Below, piece by piece: positions 1 to 9,935 of a stretch of 64,000 nt of DNA (positions within the stretch are counted from its first letter, which is position 1; each line of letters begins with the position of its first letter). This DNA is from Candidatus Cloacimonadales bacterium (GTDB taxonomy: Bacteria; Cloacimonadota; Cloacimonadia; Cloacimonadales; DAONDQ01). The DNA is taken from positions 2,784,001-2,848,000 of the forward strand of contig OY759316.1 in assembly GCA_963662275.1 (NCBI GenBank), given 5' to 3'. A program made the position numbers and the translations under genes. The notes beneath the pieces are model-generated. The model made no database searches, was not told the origin of the DNA, and saw only the letters and a program-made list of their open reading frames with translations.

Positions 1-465
1 AAAACACAGTTGATTCAATTCCTGGAGAACTACAAATCTGCCTTTAGTGTAAAGGATGCAAATTATATAGAGTCAATATTCAGTGAAAATGCCTTGATCA
101 TTGTAGGGCGTGTGCTTAAGGATTACAAACCGATTGATGGCATGTATGCGAACCTGGGTGAGAAGATCAAGTATGTGCGTTTGAGTAAGCAGCAGTATAT
201 TGAAAACCTGAAACATGCCTTCGCCTCCAATGAATTCATTAACATTCAGTTTGAGAGTACAAATATCAAGAAAGTGCAGGGTGAGAATATTTATGGGATT
301 CAAATTGCCCAGAATTACACTTCGTCAACCTATGCGGATAAAGGCTATTTGTTCCTGATGCTGGATTTAAATGACCCGAACGAACCTAAAATATATGTTC
401 GATCCTGGCAACCAGAAAAGAACCCCGATGGCTCAATCATCGGATTAACAGACTTTCATTTCTAA
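1..465 (+). CDS. Hypothetical protein, 5'-partial, adjacent to the PEGA gene
   Basis: Frame is open from base 1 to TAA at 463-465 and is followed by an RBS (AGGGAG) for the next gene. Confidence 0.75.
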   Translation, partial: KTQLIQFLENYKSAFSVKDANYIESIFSENALIIVGRVLKDYKPIDGMYANLGEKIKYVRLSKQQYIENLKHAFASNEFINIQFESTNIKKVQGENIYGIQIAQNYTSSTYADKGYLFLMLDLNDPNEPKIYVRSWQPEKNPDGSIIGLTDFHF

Positions 466-472
466 GGGAGTT

Positions 473-2440
473 TTGATGTGTCGGTATTTCATAATCTTAT
501 TACTTATATTGTTTTCTTCATTATTAATTGCAAATGAATTTGTAGTAGATTCTTTTGAGGAACAGCAGAATGATCTCAGTCTGCAGCGTACACCCAAGAA
601 AGATGTAAATGGTGATCTCTGCGGTTTAATTAAGATTAGTACAGATATTACTGGTATTACATTTCCCGACAAGGACATCGTTAATATCCAGGCAAAGACA
701 GGAGAATATTGGATTTATGTCTCTCCCGGCAAGAAATACCTGAAACTGACAAATGCCGGTTATGCTGCTTATATGTATTCTTTCCCAAATAATATATCTA
801 TCCAATCAGATTGCGTTTATTCCTTGAAATTAAAATCTAAGGGAGCAAGTGCAGTTGATGAAAACTTACTGCTCCTGACTCTGAAAATGAATGTCAGCGA
901 TGTCGTGATCATTAAGAATGGGACATCTTCGAATATCGCTAAATTAAACCAGGTACAGTATCGCTTACCGGCAGGAGAATACAATTTCAAATTTGTGAAA
1001 CAAGGTTATGCCAACCAGGAAATCACTGTTAAGATGGATAAACAGGAAGAAACTCGTGACATTACTCTCGTCGCGGGTCAATCACAGGAAAAGATCAAAC
1101 TCCCCGGAATTGTGATGATCTCTTCTGAACCCAACCAGGCAGAAGTGTTTATTAATAACCAGAAAGTCGGTGTCACTCCATATACAGATGAAGTCATTGC
1201 AGGTGATCATCAGTTGATGCTGCGGAAGAATTTGTATGATTCCTATAGTTCTGCTTTTAAAGTAGTTGAAGGACAGACAGTTGAATTACCTTTAATCAAA
1301 ATGACTCCAAAGTATGGCTATTATGCCGTCCAATCAGTTCCTGAAGGGGCAAGGATTTTTTTAGATGGCAAATTGGTTGGTATCTCCCCTATCCCAAGAA
1401 ATACAATATCCAGCGGGGCACATCAAATCAAGGCTGAAATGGAAATGTATCATCCAAAAGAACAGGAAGTAATTATCAAAAATGGTGATGATAAGAATAT
1501 CGCTGTCAACCTTACACCTGCGTTTGGTATCCTGGAAATAACATCTTATCCTGAAACTGGCGGGAAAGTATTTATTGATGATAAGGAAGTCGGTCTGACA
1601 CCATATCTCAATCCGAAAATGATGTCAGGTTCCTACCAAGTTCGTATTGAGAAGCTACTATGGATAGGTGAAGAGCAGACTGTAAGTGTATCTGATAATC
1701 AGACAACCATGAAGCAATTAACCCTGACAAAGAATTATGGTATTTTGCATATCCAAGCCGAGGGGGCTGATATATATCTGAACGATGAAAAAGTTGGAAC
1801 CGGGGAATATTCTCCCAATCTGCTTCCCGGTAAATATACGATTCGAGCAGAAAAAGACAGACATAAAGCAGCATCTGAGGAAGTATATTTAAGCGCAGGC
1901 GATGAAAAGACAATTATATTGAAAGTTGAACCATTGATGGCAGCAGTCAGTGTAATTAGTTTCCCTGAAGATTCTAAAGGTGCAGAGATTTATCTGAATG
2001 ATCAAAAAGCTGATAAACAAACTCCTTCCGTCTTGCCTTTACTGATTGGGGATTACACTATTTCATTGAAACATCCAAAATATCTTGAGCAAAGCCAGAC
2101 AATATCTCTCAAAGAAGGTGACTCGAAAAAGCTGGTGTTCCAGCTTCAATCCTATGAAGGCAGTCGTCTCCAGATGCAAAGTAAATGGAGAACCCAGAAG
2201 TATGTTGCCCTCGGTATCCTGGCATTGGACATGGCGGCTGCAACTATTGGCTATACGCAGGGAAATAGCAACTATGATAAGTATAAGTCAGCTACAACTT
2301 CTGCAACAGCAACGGATTTTTATGATAAAAGTAAGAAATATGATCAGATCGCAGTTGTTACAATTTGTGTATCTCCTCTACCTTTATCATGGTTCATATA
2401 TTCTTGCGTTAAGCAGCATCGTTATGCAGACAGAAGGTAA
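473..2440 (+). CDS. PEGA domain-containing exported protein
   Basis: Signal peptide; repeated 'SxPxGAxVFIDGKxVGxTP...GxHxIxxxK' PEGA units; hydrophobic C-terminus. Confidence 0.9.
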   Translation: MMCRYFIILLLILFSSLLIANEFVVDSFEEQQNDLSLQRTPKKDVNGDLCGLIKISTDITGITFPDKDIVNIQAKTGEYWIYVSPGKKYLKLTNAGYAAYMYSFPNNISIQSDCVYSLKLKSKGASAVDENLLLLTLKMNVSDVVIIKNGTSSNIAKLNQVQYRLPAGEYNFKFVKQGYANQEITVKMDKQEETRDITLVAGQSQEKIKLPGIVMISSEPNQAEVFINNQKVGVTPYTDEVIAGDHQLMLRKNLYDSYSSAFKVVEGQTVELPLIKMTPKYGYYAVQSVPEGARIFLDGKLVGISPIPRNTISSGAHQIKAEMEMYHPKEQEVIIKNGDDKNIAVNLTPAFGILEITSYPETGGKVFIDDKEVGLTPYLNPKMMSGSYQVRIEKLLWIGEEQTVSVSDNQTTMKQLTLTKNYGILHIQAEGADIYLNDEKVGTGEYSPNLLPGKYTIRAEKDRHKAASEEVYLSAGDEKTIILKVEPLMAAVSVISFPEDSKGAEIYLNDQKADKQTPSVLPLLIGDYTISLKHPKYLEQSQTISLKEGDSKKLVFQLQSYEGSRLQMQSKWRTQKYVALGILALDMAAATIGYTQGNSNYDKYKSATTSATATDFYDKSKKYDQIAVVTICVSPLPLSWFIYSCVKQHRYADRR

Positions 2441-2453
2441 CAGGTGACAGATG

Positions 2454-3971
2454 TTAGCTGTTAGCTGTTATCTGGTAATGTCTCAGATACTTATACATCA
2501 TTTTACGAAAGTGGTAGCCATAAATTGAGTAAGTGATGACTTGGCGAAATACTTGTCTTTTGTAAAAGATACTCCAAAATATCATTCTCCAATAATAAGG
2601 TCGTTCTTTGCCGGTGATTCCAAGAACAAATAGTGTTTTGAAGAATGCCAGGATTTCGTTGAAATGTACTTTTTGTTTGTGGAATGTATCCTGGTTCATC
2701 TCCAGGTATTTCCTCATTCGTTGATAAAAGGGCTGGGGCGAGTATATGTTATGAAGTACTTGTTTGTAACCTGAAACCAATTGTTCATATTTCATTGCAG
2801 GTTTAAAATTCATCGATAAATCAGTATTATCACCACTCATGGAAGTCTTCAATCTCCCTTCTGAAAGCATCTGCTTGTAGAGTTTTGTATTGAAAGGTGC
2901 ATTTAATAAACCAACCATGGCAGTAATAATACCGCTTTCCTGGATAAACTTGATCATCCCATTGAAAATAGATGGATTATCATGATCGAAACCAATGATG
3001 AATCCTCCCATCACTTCCATTCCGAAACTCTGTATTTTATGAACCGATGTGACTAAATCACGCTTGCAATTCGTATATTTCTCACATTCGGCAAGACTAT
3101 CTTCGTTCACTGACTCAATACCGATGAATACCTTATTGAAACCGGCAGCAGCCATTTGCTTCATTAAACTTTCGTCATCAGCCAGATTAATGGAACATTC
3201 CGTGTAGAAAGAAAAAGGGTGCCCTTTCTGTTCCATCCAGGTAGTGATCGCCGGAAGTATTTCCGTTTTTAATTTCACCTTGTTTCCAATAAAATTATCA
3301 TCCACAAGAAATACCTGTCTCCTCCAGCCGTGTTGATATAATGCTTCCAATTCAGCAATGATCTGTTCCCTGCCCTTTGTTCTCACTTCATTTCCGAAAA
3401 GAATGGAAATTTCACAGAAACTGCATTGATAAGGACAACCCCGAGAATATTGAAGATCCATAGAAACATAATGTCGCATATTGATCAAATCCCATTGAGG
3501 GATTGTTGTTTGTGTGATATCAGACCAGCCCTCTGCGTGATAGACAGGTCTTGGATTACCATTCTGCAGGTCAGATAAAAACTGTGGTAAGGTGATTTCT
3601 GCTTCTCCTAAAATGAGATGCTCAATCATGCTGAACTTGTCTGGTTGTTCTGTAAACAGTGGACCGCCGGCAACTATTTTCCTTCTCAGTTTCTGGCATC
3701 TTCTGATCACTTCCCATACGGATGTTTCCTGGATAGACATTGCACTGATAAAAACATAGTCCGCTTTCAGGATATCTTTATTCTTTAATGTAGATACATT
3801 CATATCAACAAGTTTCTTATTCCATTCCTTGGGAAGTATACCCGCAACCGTAAGAAGCCCTAATGGCGGATCGCTTGATTTCTTGGAAATGAACCGTAAA
3901 GCATAGCGGAAACTCCAGAAAGAATCAGGACAATGCGGATAAACCATTAGAATATTCATTATGACCACCAT
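2454..3971 (-). CDS. B12-binding radical SAM protein (DUF4070 type)
   Basis: N-terminal PPLGLLTVA/VAGGP cobalamin-binding domain; CPYQCSFC motif; FLVDDNFIG. Confidence 0.9.
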   Translation of the reverse strand: MVVIMNILMVYPHCPDSFWSFRYALRFISKKSSDPPLGLLTVAGILPKEWNKKLVDMNVSTLKNKDILKADYVFISAMSIQETSVWEVIRRCQKLRRKIVAGGPLFTEQPDKFSMIEHLILGEAEITLPQFLSDLQNGNPRPVYHAEGWSDITQTTIPQWDLINMRHYVSMDLQYSRGCPYQCSFCEISILFGNEVRTKGREQIIAELEALYQHGWRRQVFLVDDNFIGNKVKLKTEILPAITTWMEQKGHPFSFYTECSINLADDESLMKQMAAAGFNKVFIGIESVNEDSLAECEKYTNCKRDLVTSVHKIQSFGMEVMGGFIIGFDHDNPSIFNGMIKFIQESGIITAMVGLLNAPFNTKLYKQMLSEGRLKTSMSGDNTDLSMNFKPAMKYEQLVSGYKQVLHNIYSPQPFYQRMRKYLEMNQDTFHKQKVHFNEILAFFKTLFVLGITGKERPYYWRMIFWSIFYKRQVFRQVITYSIYGYHFRKMMYKYLRHYQITANS

Positions 3972-4377
3972 CTACATAATTTCGTTAATTTAATAATTTA
4001 TGTAGAAGCTGGTAATCTCCAACAATTAAATAAAATAATTCAATGAAAGCATGTAGCAGATGCACCCATATTCCTGACTAGTATTTTTGAACACAGACAA
4101 ACTGAACATTTTGATAATTAAATAAATTGCTGCAAGATATTTGAGTATTTTCTGTACTTTGATTCAGTTTCATAAAAAAGCCCCGTCCATAATACAGATG
4201 AGGCTTGTTGAGGGATGGATTATTTCTAATGCTTGTTTTATTTTGAGCTGCTTTGAATTTTTCTGTTCTCTGCCTCTTGAAGTTCGAAGTGTAGAGTTTG
4301 ATTTTGTTACTGAGGAAGTTATATGAAAGCTAAGATTCGAAGTTCACAATCAGCTTTTCAAACTCTCCGACACTATA

Positions 4378-4398
4378 CTTCGACTACGCTCAGCAACC
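4378..4398. repeat. Decayed REP-like repeat (CTTCGACTACGCTCAG type)
   Basis: cttcgactacgctcagcaacc resembles a common intergenic short-repeat family (recognised from memory). Confidence 0.4.
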
Positions 4399-4451
4399 AC
4401 CACCTCTCTTTATCCAAAGAGAGGAATGGTTAACACGCATCCTGTCTGCCC

Positions 4452-4480
4452 TAGCACCTGGCACCTAACACCTGAAACCT
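4452..4480 (-). repeat. Heptamer repeats (CTARCAC family), about 4 units
   Basis: ctagcac ctggcac ctaacac ctgaaac, downstream of the minus-strand gene at 4604. Confidence 0.7.
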
Positions 4481-4603
4481 TCTGCAACCCTTCTTCACCG
4501 TCTCCATTACTCTGTAAAACCAGGGAATCACATCATTCATCTGGCAGAACAAGGCTGGTATTTTATTCAGTGATACACTATCCAGAAACAGGTAAAACAG
4601 CTT

Positions 4604-5932
4604 TTATTTTACTTTTACAATTTTGCTTGTTTCTGTGATCTTCCCTTGTGTCGCTTTCAGCAGATAGACACCATTGGACAGTTTACTGCTATCAAAGCAA
4701 ATAGCACTATTGGATTGACCGGATAATTTTTGTACACATTGTCCTTTGATATTGAATACTTCAAAGACCACAGGCTGTACTCCCTTGGTTGATACATTCA
4801 CTTGAAACTGATTTTGGAAAGGATTAGGATAAGCTTTCAAGTTAAGATCCGAAATTGCCGGAGCTACCTGGTCATCGGTAGGTGTTGGATCCAGCCAGGA
4901 GAAGGTAATTCTTCTTTCATTTTCCCAGGAAGTTGTTGAAGAATTCCAAGCAGTAGTGTACTTGTATTCAGGATTAGCGTCAAGATCATAAGTCAATGTG
5001 AACTTAAATCTGTTCTGCCAAATTGGCACAGTGCTGTTATAGTCTTCAGTCAAGCCTTCTGTCAATTGCCCATAATTATTGTAAGTATAAGTGTTTCGGT
5101 TGACTGGAACATAATTAACTCCAAACACAAGACCATCAGTAATCAGGGATACCATGCCATAATAATCGCTGCTAAAACCATAGATGGAATTCTCTACCAG
5201 AGGATATATGAAGGGATAAGTTGTCGAGTAGTAGTTGATAAAGCCATCATTTGTCGTGGTGTCGTTCGGTTGATAAGTGTATTGCAGCTTATTTGAAGCA
5301 TACCATACCAGAGTATCCTGATTTTGATATTTTTGCTTTGTAATCAGTTTACCAAGGCCATCATATTCATATGTAAAGCGTATATAATTAACATAGCTAT
5401 CGTAAATAGCCGATTCCACTGTTTCTGTCAGATATCCATTGTTATACGTCAAGTGAAGATGTTTGAACGGAGTCCACGTTGGATTCTGATATAAATCTGT
5501 ATTAATTACCGTTAAACGGTTCTGGTCATCATACTGATAGGAATAACGAGAAATTGTTTGAATTGGTTGATTATCGACACTGTCCTGAAATACAACCTGG
5601 AGAATACGAGAAAAGTCATCATTGTAAGTATAGTTAAAATAACTCTTGGGTAACCATTGAAACCCTACGTGGTCGTATCCGGCAAAGCCTTTGATTTGGA
5701 TTGGAACGGTTGGGTGTTCAACAGAATAAACAAATTCTGACTTCCAGTCCCTTTCATAATTAAAATCATCGAAATCCCAATCACCCGTTTCAATGGTGCT
5801 GGGTTGCCAGGCTCTTTGTCCGTCCCGATCAGAGGAAATGAGACTATTCTGACCATTGAAAGATTGAAAAGGACATTGTGCCATTAATAAGATAGGTATG
5901 AAAACTAATAGGATGAGTGTTACAAAACGCAT
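4604..5932 (-). CDS. Secreted protein with YD-like repeats and a T9SS-type-A-like C-terminal domain
   Basis: Signal peptide; YxYDxxGxL repeats; C-terminal AYPNPF...FNIKGQ...NGVYLLK. Confidence 0.85.
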   Translation of the reverse strand: MRFVTLILLVFIPILLMAQCPFQSFNGQNSLISSDRDGQRAWQPSTIETGDWDFDDFNYERDWKSEFVYSVEHPTVPIQIKGFAGYDHVGFQWLPKSYFNYTYNDDFSRILQVVFQDSVDNQPIQTISRYSYQYDDQNRLTVINTDLYQNPTWTPFKHLHLTYNNGYLTETVESAIYDSYVNYIRFTYEYDGLGKLITKQKYQNQDTLVWYASNKLQYTYQPNDTTTNDGFINYYSTTYPFIYPLVENSIYGFSSDYYGMVSLITDGLVFGVNYVPVNRNTYTYNNYGQLTEGLTEDYNSTVPIWQNRFKFTLTYDLDANPEYKYTTAWNSSTTSWENERRITFSWLDPTPTDDQVAPAISDLNLKAYPNPFQNQFQVNVSTKGVQPVVFEVFNIKGQCVQKLSGQSNSAICFDSSKLSNGVYLLKATQGKITETSKIVKVK

Positions 5933-6143
5933 AATGCAAACCTCCAGCTTATTTTTGTTGTTACATATTATATTATTTCACATTATACATGTCAAGAAAG
6001 AATTAACTTATCTTCAAAGTTCTTTAATGCCGACCTAATCCATATCTGTTAAATTAAGTCTTGAAATTATTCCAAATGTCATTTTCAATGAAACATCTTC
6101 TTGACAAATACTTCTAGATTTTAAAATTTCAAAGGAGGTTAAA

Positions 6144-6584
6144 ATGACAAAATACTTATTGATCTGCTTGTTTCTTATCCTTTCAATGGGAATATATGCA
6201 CAAGACAATTCGGAATTGTATTTAAATTCCATCGGCATTTTTTCAGGACAATCAATCTATTTAATCTGCACTTCTCTTTCCACACTGGCGGATAGAGATC
6301 ATGATAATGATCTAGAGGCAAATGACGCTCTTAAGGAAGTGGATATCTATATCAGATTTACCAGACAATCCTCTGAAGAATTAAATAAATTACTGAAGCA
6401 GAAAGCAATAGCGAAAGACAATATCGTTCTGGTAAATGATATGATTGATTGCTTTTCTCTTTTAGAGACTGAAGCCAGGTCATTGGAAAGTTATATGAAC
6501 AAAAGTGATCGAAAAAACCTGGATGATTTTGAAAAGAATAAAGCAGCAGCCTGGGAAAAGATATCCAAATTACTGAAATTATAA
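6144..6584 (+). CDS. Exported helical hypothetical protein
   Basis: RBS AGGAGG; signal peptide; 146 aa. Confidence 0.8.
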   Translation: MTKYLLICLFLILSMGIYAQDNSELYLNSIGIFSGQSIYLICTSLSTLADRDHDNDLEANDALKEVDIYIRFTRQSSEELNKLLKQKAIAKDNIVLVNDMIDCFSLLETEARSLESYMNKSDRKNLDDFEKNKAAAWEKISKLLKL

Positions 6585-6772
6585 TATCTTCTTCACATTG
6601 TTAATTCATAATTCCTGTTACTTAATATCTGAAATTCTAATACCCGAAATGGAGGGTATGATAACTATATAAAAAATCAGGAAAAGATGGACAGGAATAA
6701 AAGCTCCCTGGATTATTGTGTTGAACTATGTTATTTTAAAACGTTATTTATCATAAGTATAGGAGTTATTAT

Positions 6773-8074
6773 ATGGAAAACATGAATTTACCTCGTATGC
6801 AGAATGCTGATTTAAAAGGCAAAGTCGTACTCCTTCGGGTCGATCATAATGTTGTCAAAAAGGGAAAAATCATAGACGCCATGAGAATTGATGCCACGAT
6901 TCCCACTCTCTTCAATATCATAAAAAAGGGTGGGAAGCTCATCCTGATGACTCATGTAGGACGTCCATATGACAAAAAGACAGGTCTCTTCACTCTTTCT
7001 CCTCAAGATGCTGTGGAACCTATTGTGAAGTACCTGGAACATAAGCTGCAGATTAAGATAGCAGTTCCAACATTTACCGCTGCTGAAGGTAAGGGCATTG
7101 ATCAGCTTGACCCTTCCATGAAAGACCTGGTTGCTAATTTGAAAAACGATAAGATCGATATGATCTATTTACCTAATACCCGCTGGTTCACTGGCGAAGA
7201 AAGTAAAGGCGAAGCTGCGGACATCTTTGGAAAAGAACTCACCGGTATGGCTGATGTTTATATCAATGACGCTTTCGGTTCATGGCAGGCACATGTATCT
7301 ACCATGAAACCGACTGAAAAGCTGCCTTCCTATGCTGGATTACTCATGCAGAAGGAACTTGACCACCTGCAACTGATCTTCACTCCCAAGCGTCCTTTTG
7401 TCGGTATTGTGGCAGGTTCTAAATTCGATACAAAGATTGGACCGCTCAGTTCCCTGTTGGAGAAAGTGGATTACCTGGTACTCGGTGGAGTTATTTATAA
7501 TGCCTATCTCAGTGTAAAATATGGTTTATCTATCAAAGGCATTGGTGAAGATGACCTGGCAATTGCTGCCAAGTTCCTTAAAGATAGCGAAAAGTACCCG
7601 GGACGTATTGTAGAATTACCCTTCATCATCGAATCCGATACTTTAGATGGAAAGATCGAGGGACAATACCGTACGCTCAACATTCATGATATTCCCAAAG
7701 GCAAACATCTGAATTATGTCCTTGATGCCGATCCAAAGTCTTTTGAACTTCCCGAAGTGAAGAAAGTATTTGATGAAGCTGCCATGTTCTTTGTCAATGC
7801 GGTTATGGGCTTTACTCCCAACTTTGGAGATGGTACGAAAGCCATGTACTCTCTCATCGATACGAATAAAGCAGCTAAGAAGCTCTTCGGTGGCGGAGAT
7901 ACGCTCCAGGACTTCCGTAACCTGCTTGTAAACACTTATCTGGCTGCCTTGGATAATGAATCCTATTATTTCTTTACCGGTGGCGGTGCAGTTCTCAATG
8001 CTATCGAACAAGGCTCCCCCTTTGGTATGGAGCCTGTAAAAGCTTTGATCAGGAATGGAGGAAGAAGCTTGTAG
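6773..8074 (+). CDS. pgk: Phosphoglycerate kinase (divergent)
   Basis: LRVDHNV, THVGRP, YINDAFG, GGGDT and TGGGA motifs. Confidence 0.92.
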   Translation: MENMNLPRMQNADLKGKVVLLRVDHNVVKKGKIIDAMRIDATIPTLFNIIKKGGKLILMTHVGRPYDKKTGLFTLSPQDAVEPIVKYLEHKLQIKIAVPTFTAAEGKGIDQLDPSMKDLVANLKNDKIDMIYLPNTRWFTGEESKGEAADIFGKELTGMADVYINDAFGSWQAHVSTMKPTEKLPSYAGLLMQKELDHLQLIFTPKRPFVGIVAGSKFDTKIGPLSSLLEKVDYLVLGGVIYNAYLSVKYGLSIKGIGEDDLAIAAKFLKDSEKYPGRIVELPFIIESDTLDGKIEGQYRTLNIHDIPKGKHLNYVLDADPKSFELPEVKKVFDEAAMFFVNAVMGFTPNFGDGTKAMYSLIDTNKAAKKLFGGGDTLQDFRNLLVNTYLAALDNESYYFFTGGGAVLNAIEQGSPFGMEPVKALIRNGGRSL

Positions 8075-8125
8075 CTTGCAGCGCTGACTTAAGGCGGTAT
8101 TGATCCAGAAGCTTGTAGCTTGAAG

Positions 8126-8174
8126 GTGGGATGCCAAACTCCGATTTGGCATGTGACGAAACTGAGTTCGCCAC
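8126..8174. repeat. REP-like double hairpin after pgk
   Basis: atgccaaa-ctccga-tttggcat, then gtgacgaa-actgag-ttcgccac. Confidence 0.55.
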
Positions 8175-8303
8175 ATCTTTTCATCACCGGAAGCGAAAAC
8201 CTGTTTTCAGGGAAATTCTATCTTTCAAATAGGTCACATTGAATATGAGAAAAACAGAAAAGAAACAAGAAATAAAGAAAACCTAAGGAAAATCTACAAA
8301 AGT

Positions 8304-8347
8304 CTAGATGATCCCTAGATGATCCCTAGATGAAGCCTAGATGAAAC
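8304..8347. repeat. 11-bp tandem repeat (CTAGATGAwsC), about 4 units
   Basis: ctagatgatcc ctagatgatcc ctagatgaagc ctagatgaaac. Confidence 0.8.
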
Positions 8348-8527
8348 CCACCTGAAAAAGAAAGTACGTCGTGCGAGGTTCGAAGTACGAAATTATAGGA
8401 GAAAATTAAACCACGAAACAGACGAAAAACACTCTCCTCTGTTTTGATTCTCCCTTTGGATAATAGGAATTTGAACTCCATACTCTTAGCTTTCATGTAA
8501 AGTAATCACCACAGGTGCAACGGCACA

Positions 8528-8681
8528 GCAACGCCTCATCTTGTGAGGTGGATAGGTCATTTTTCAAATGATGCCAAATACCAAACAAATCCTGTCTTTC
8601 TTAATGCAATAACATAATGGAGTTACATAAGCTTGCATCGTACAAGATACGACCTATCCACCTTTTGAAAAAAGGCGTTGC
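8528..8681. repeat. MITE-like element with in-register imperfect terminal inverted repeats
   Basis: gcaacgcct-N9-aggtggataggtc (8528-8558) versus gacctatccacct-N9-aggcgttgc (8651-8681). Confidence 0.6.
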
Positions 8682-8766
8682 ACCCACAACTATCGCATAT
8701 CGTGAGTCCAGCAAGGAAATCCGGTCGGGTTTAAAGTCCAACGTTTTATGAAATTCGTTCTTTCTT

Positions 8767-9885
8767 TTAGCGTTCCAGTTCCTTCTTCAAGAAATTGATA
8801 AAATTGATCGTGGTTGGATTTACTTCCTGTAATATTCCTAAATAAAAGCTGATCATATCACCTAAATAGATTAATGAATATGCCTGTACGATGAAATTAT
8901 CACCTTCTGCATAAAACTCCAGCCATTCTTGCCCTCTTTCAGACAGGAGTGTTTTGAAGACTTGGATACGTTTGGAATAACGATCAGTTAAGTTCAACGG
9001 TGCGAGAAAGATGGGGATGAACGTATCATTCATCCCCTCAATTTCCCAGCCTTCTATTTCGTTATGATTCATTTCAGGAAATGTATGATAAAAAGCAGGA
9101 TATTTAGCATTTTCATTGATCTGGCATTTCCAGCGGTAGGCAACAGATGCAAATTCTGGAATTGCGGAATAGATGAGTGGAATCTTCCCTTTTATCATAG
9201 CGGCTGAACTTTTAGCCAGGTTGCTTTCATATGGATTACGAGCTGCTATAGCAGCAGCCTTTAACATCATCATTCCAACTGTTTTTTCTACTTCAACAGC
9301 TTGAGAAGGTATGACTTGGAATTCTTCTAAAACTTTTAAAAGAGAGAAAAATAGTGAAGCAATAGCTGACCGGGGAGGATTTCCACCTACTAATTCGACC
9401 CACAGATATTTACCTTCAAGCAGAGTTCTCAATTCACCACCGGATGTGACACCAGCGATATAGGGAGTTGAAGCAATGGCTTCTTTACAGCAGGAAAGAG
9501 TTTCTTCTGTATTCCCGGAATAACTGAGTAGGATAACCAGGGTTTTATTCGTGATATGTGGTAGTTTGTAGTCTTTACAAACGAAGATTGGTATTTTTTT
9601 ACCGAATGCAGCTTGGGCAAGATCGCCTGAAATTGCTGAACCACCCATTCCACAAATAACTACCTGGTTGATTTTATCCAAAGATAAACTCATAAATGAA
9701 GGTGGTATATGAACCTTGGCATTTTCGTAAGCGGTCTTCACTTGTTCTGGTAAATGAATGATCTTGTGATACATATCCTCCAGATCAAGATCATCGAAGT
9801 GCGAAGTACGAAGTGCAAAATGCGATGTAATTTCATCAGATAAATGAGCCATTGTTATCTCCATTTTGTTTAGTTTATAGTACAA
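8767..9885 (-). CDS. Bifunctional phosphoglucose/phosphomannose isomerase (SIS fold); likely start at ATG 9852
   Basis: GMGGSAISG, SYSGNTEET, PPRSA, YRWKCQINENAK and EMNHNEIEG motifs. Confidence 0.92.
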   Translation of the reverse strand: MYYKLNKMEITMAHLSDEITSHFALRTSHFDDLDLEDMYHKIIHLPEQVKTAYENAKVHIPPSFMSLSLDKINQVVICGMGGSAISGDLAQAAFGKKIPIFVCKDYKLPHITNKTLVILLSYSGNTEETLSCCKEAIASTPYIAGVTSGGELRTLLEGKYLWVELVGGNPPRSAIASLFFSLLKVLEEFQVIPSQAVEVEKTVGMMMLKAAAIAARNPYESNLAKSSAAMIKGKIPLIYSAIPEFASVAYRWKCQINENAKYPAFYHTFPEMNHNEIEGWEIEGMNDTFIPIFLAPLNLTDRYSKRIQVFKTLLSERGQEWLEFYAEGDNFIVQAYSLIYLGDMISFYLGILQEVNPTTINFINFLKKELER

Positions 9886-9935
9886 AAGAATACTCGATTT
9901 TGAACTTCCCTCAAAGTAGGTCTTCTCTGCAATTC

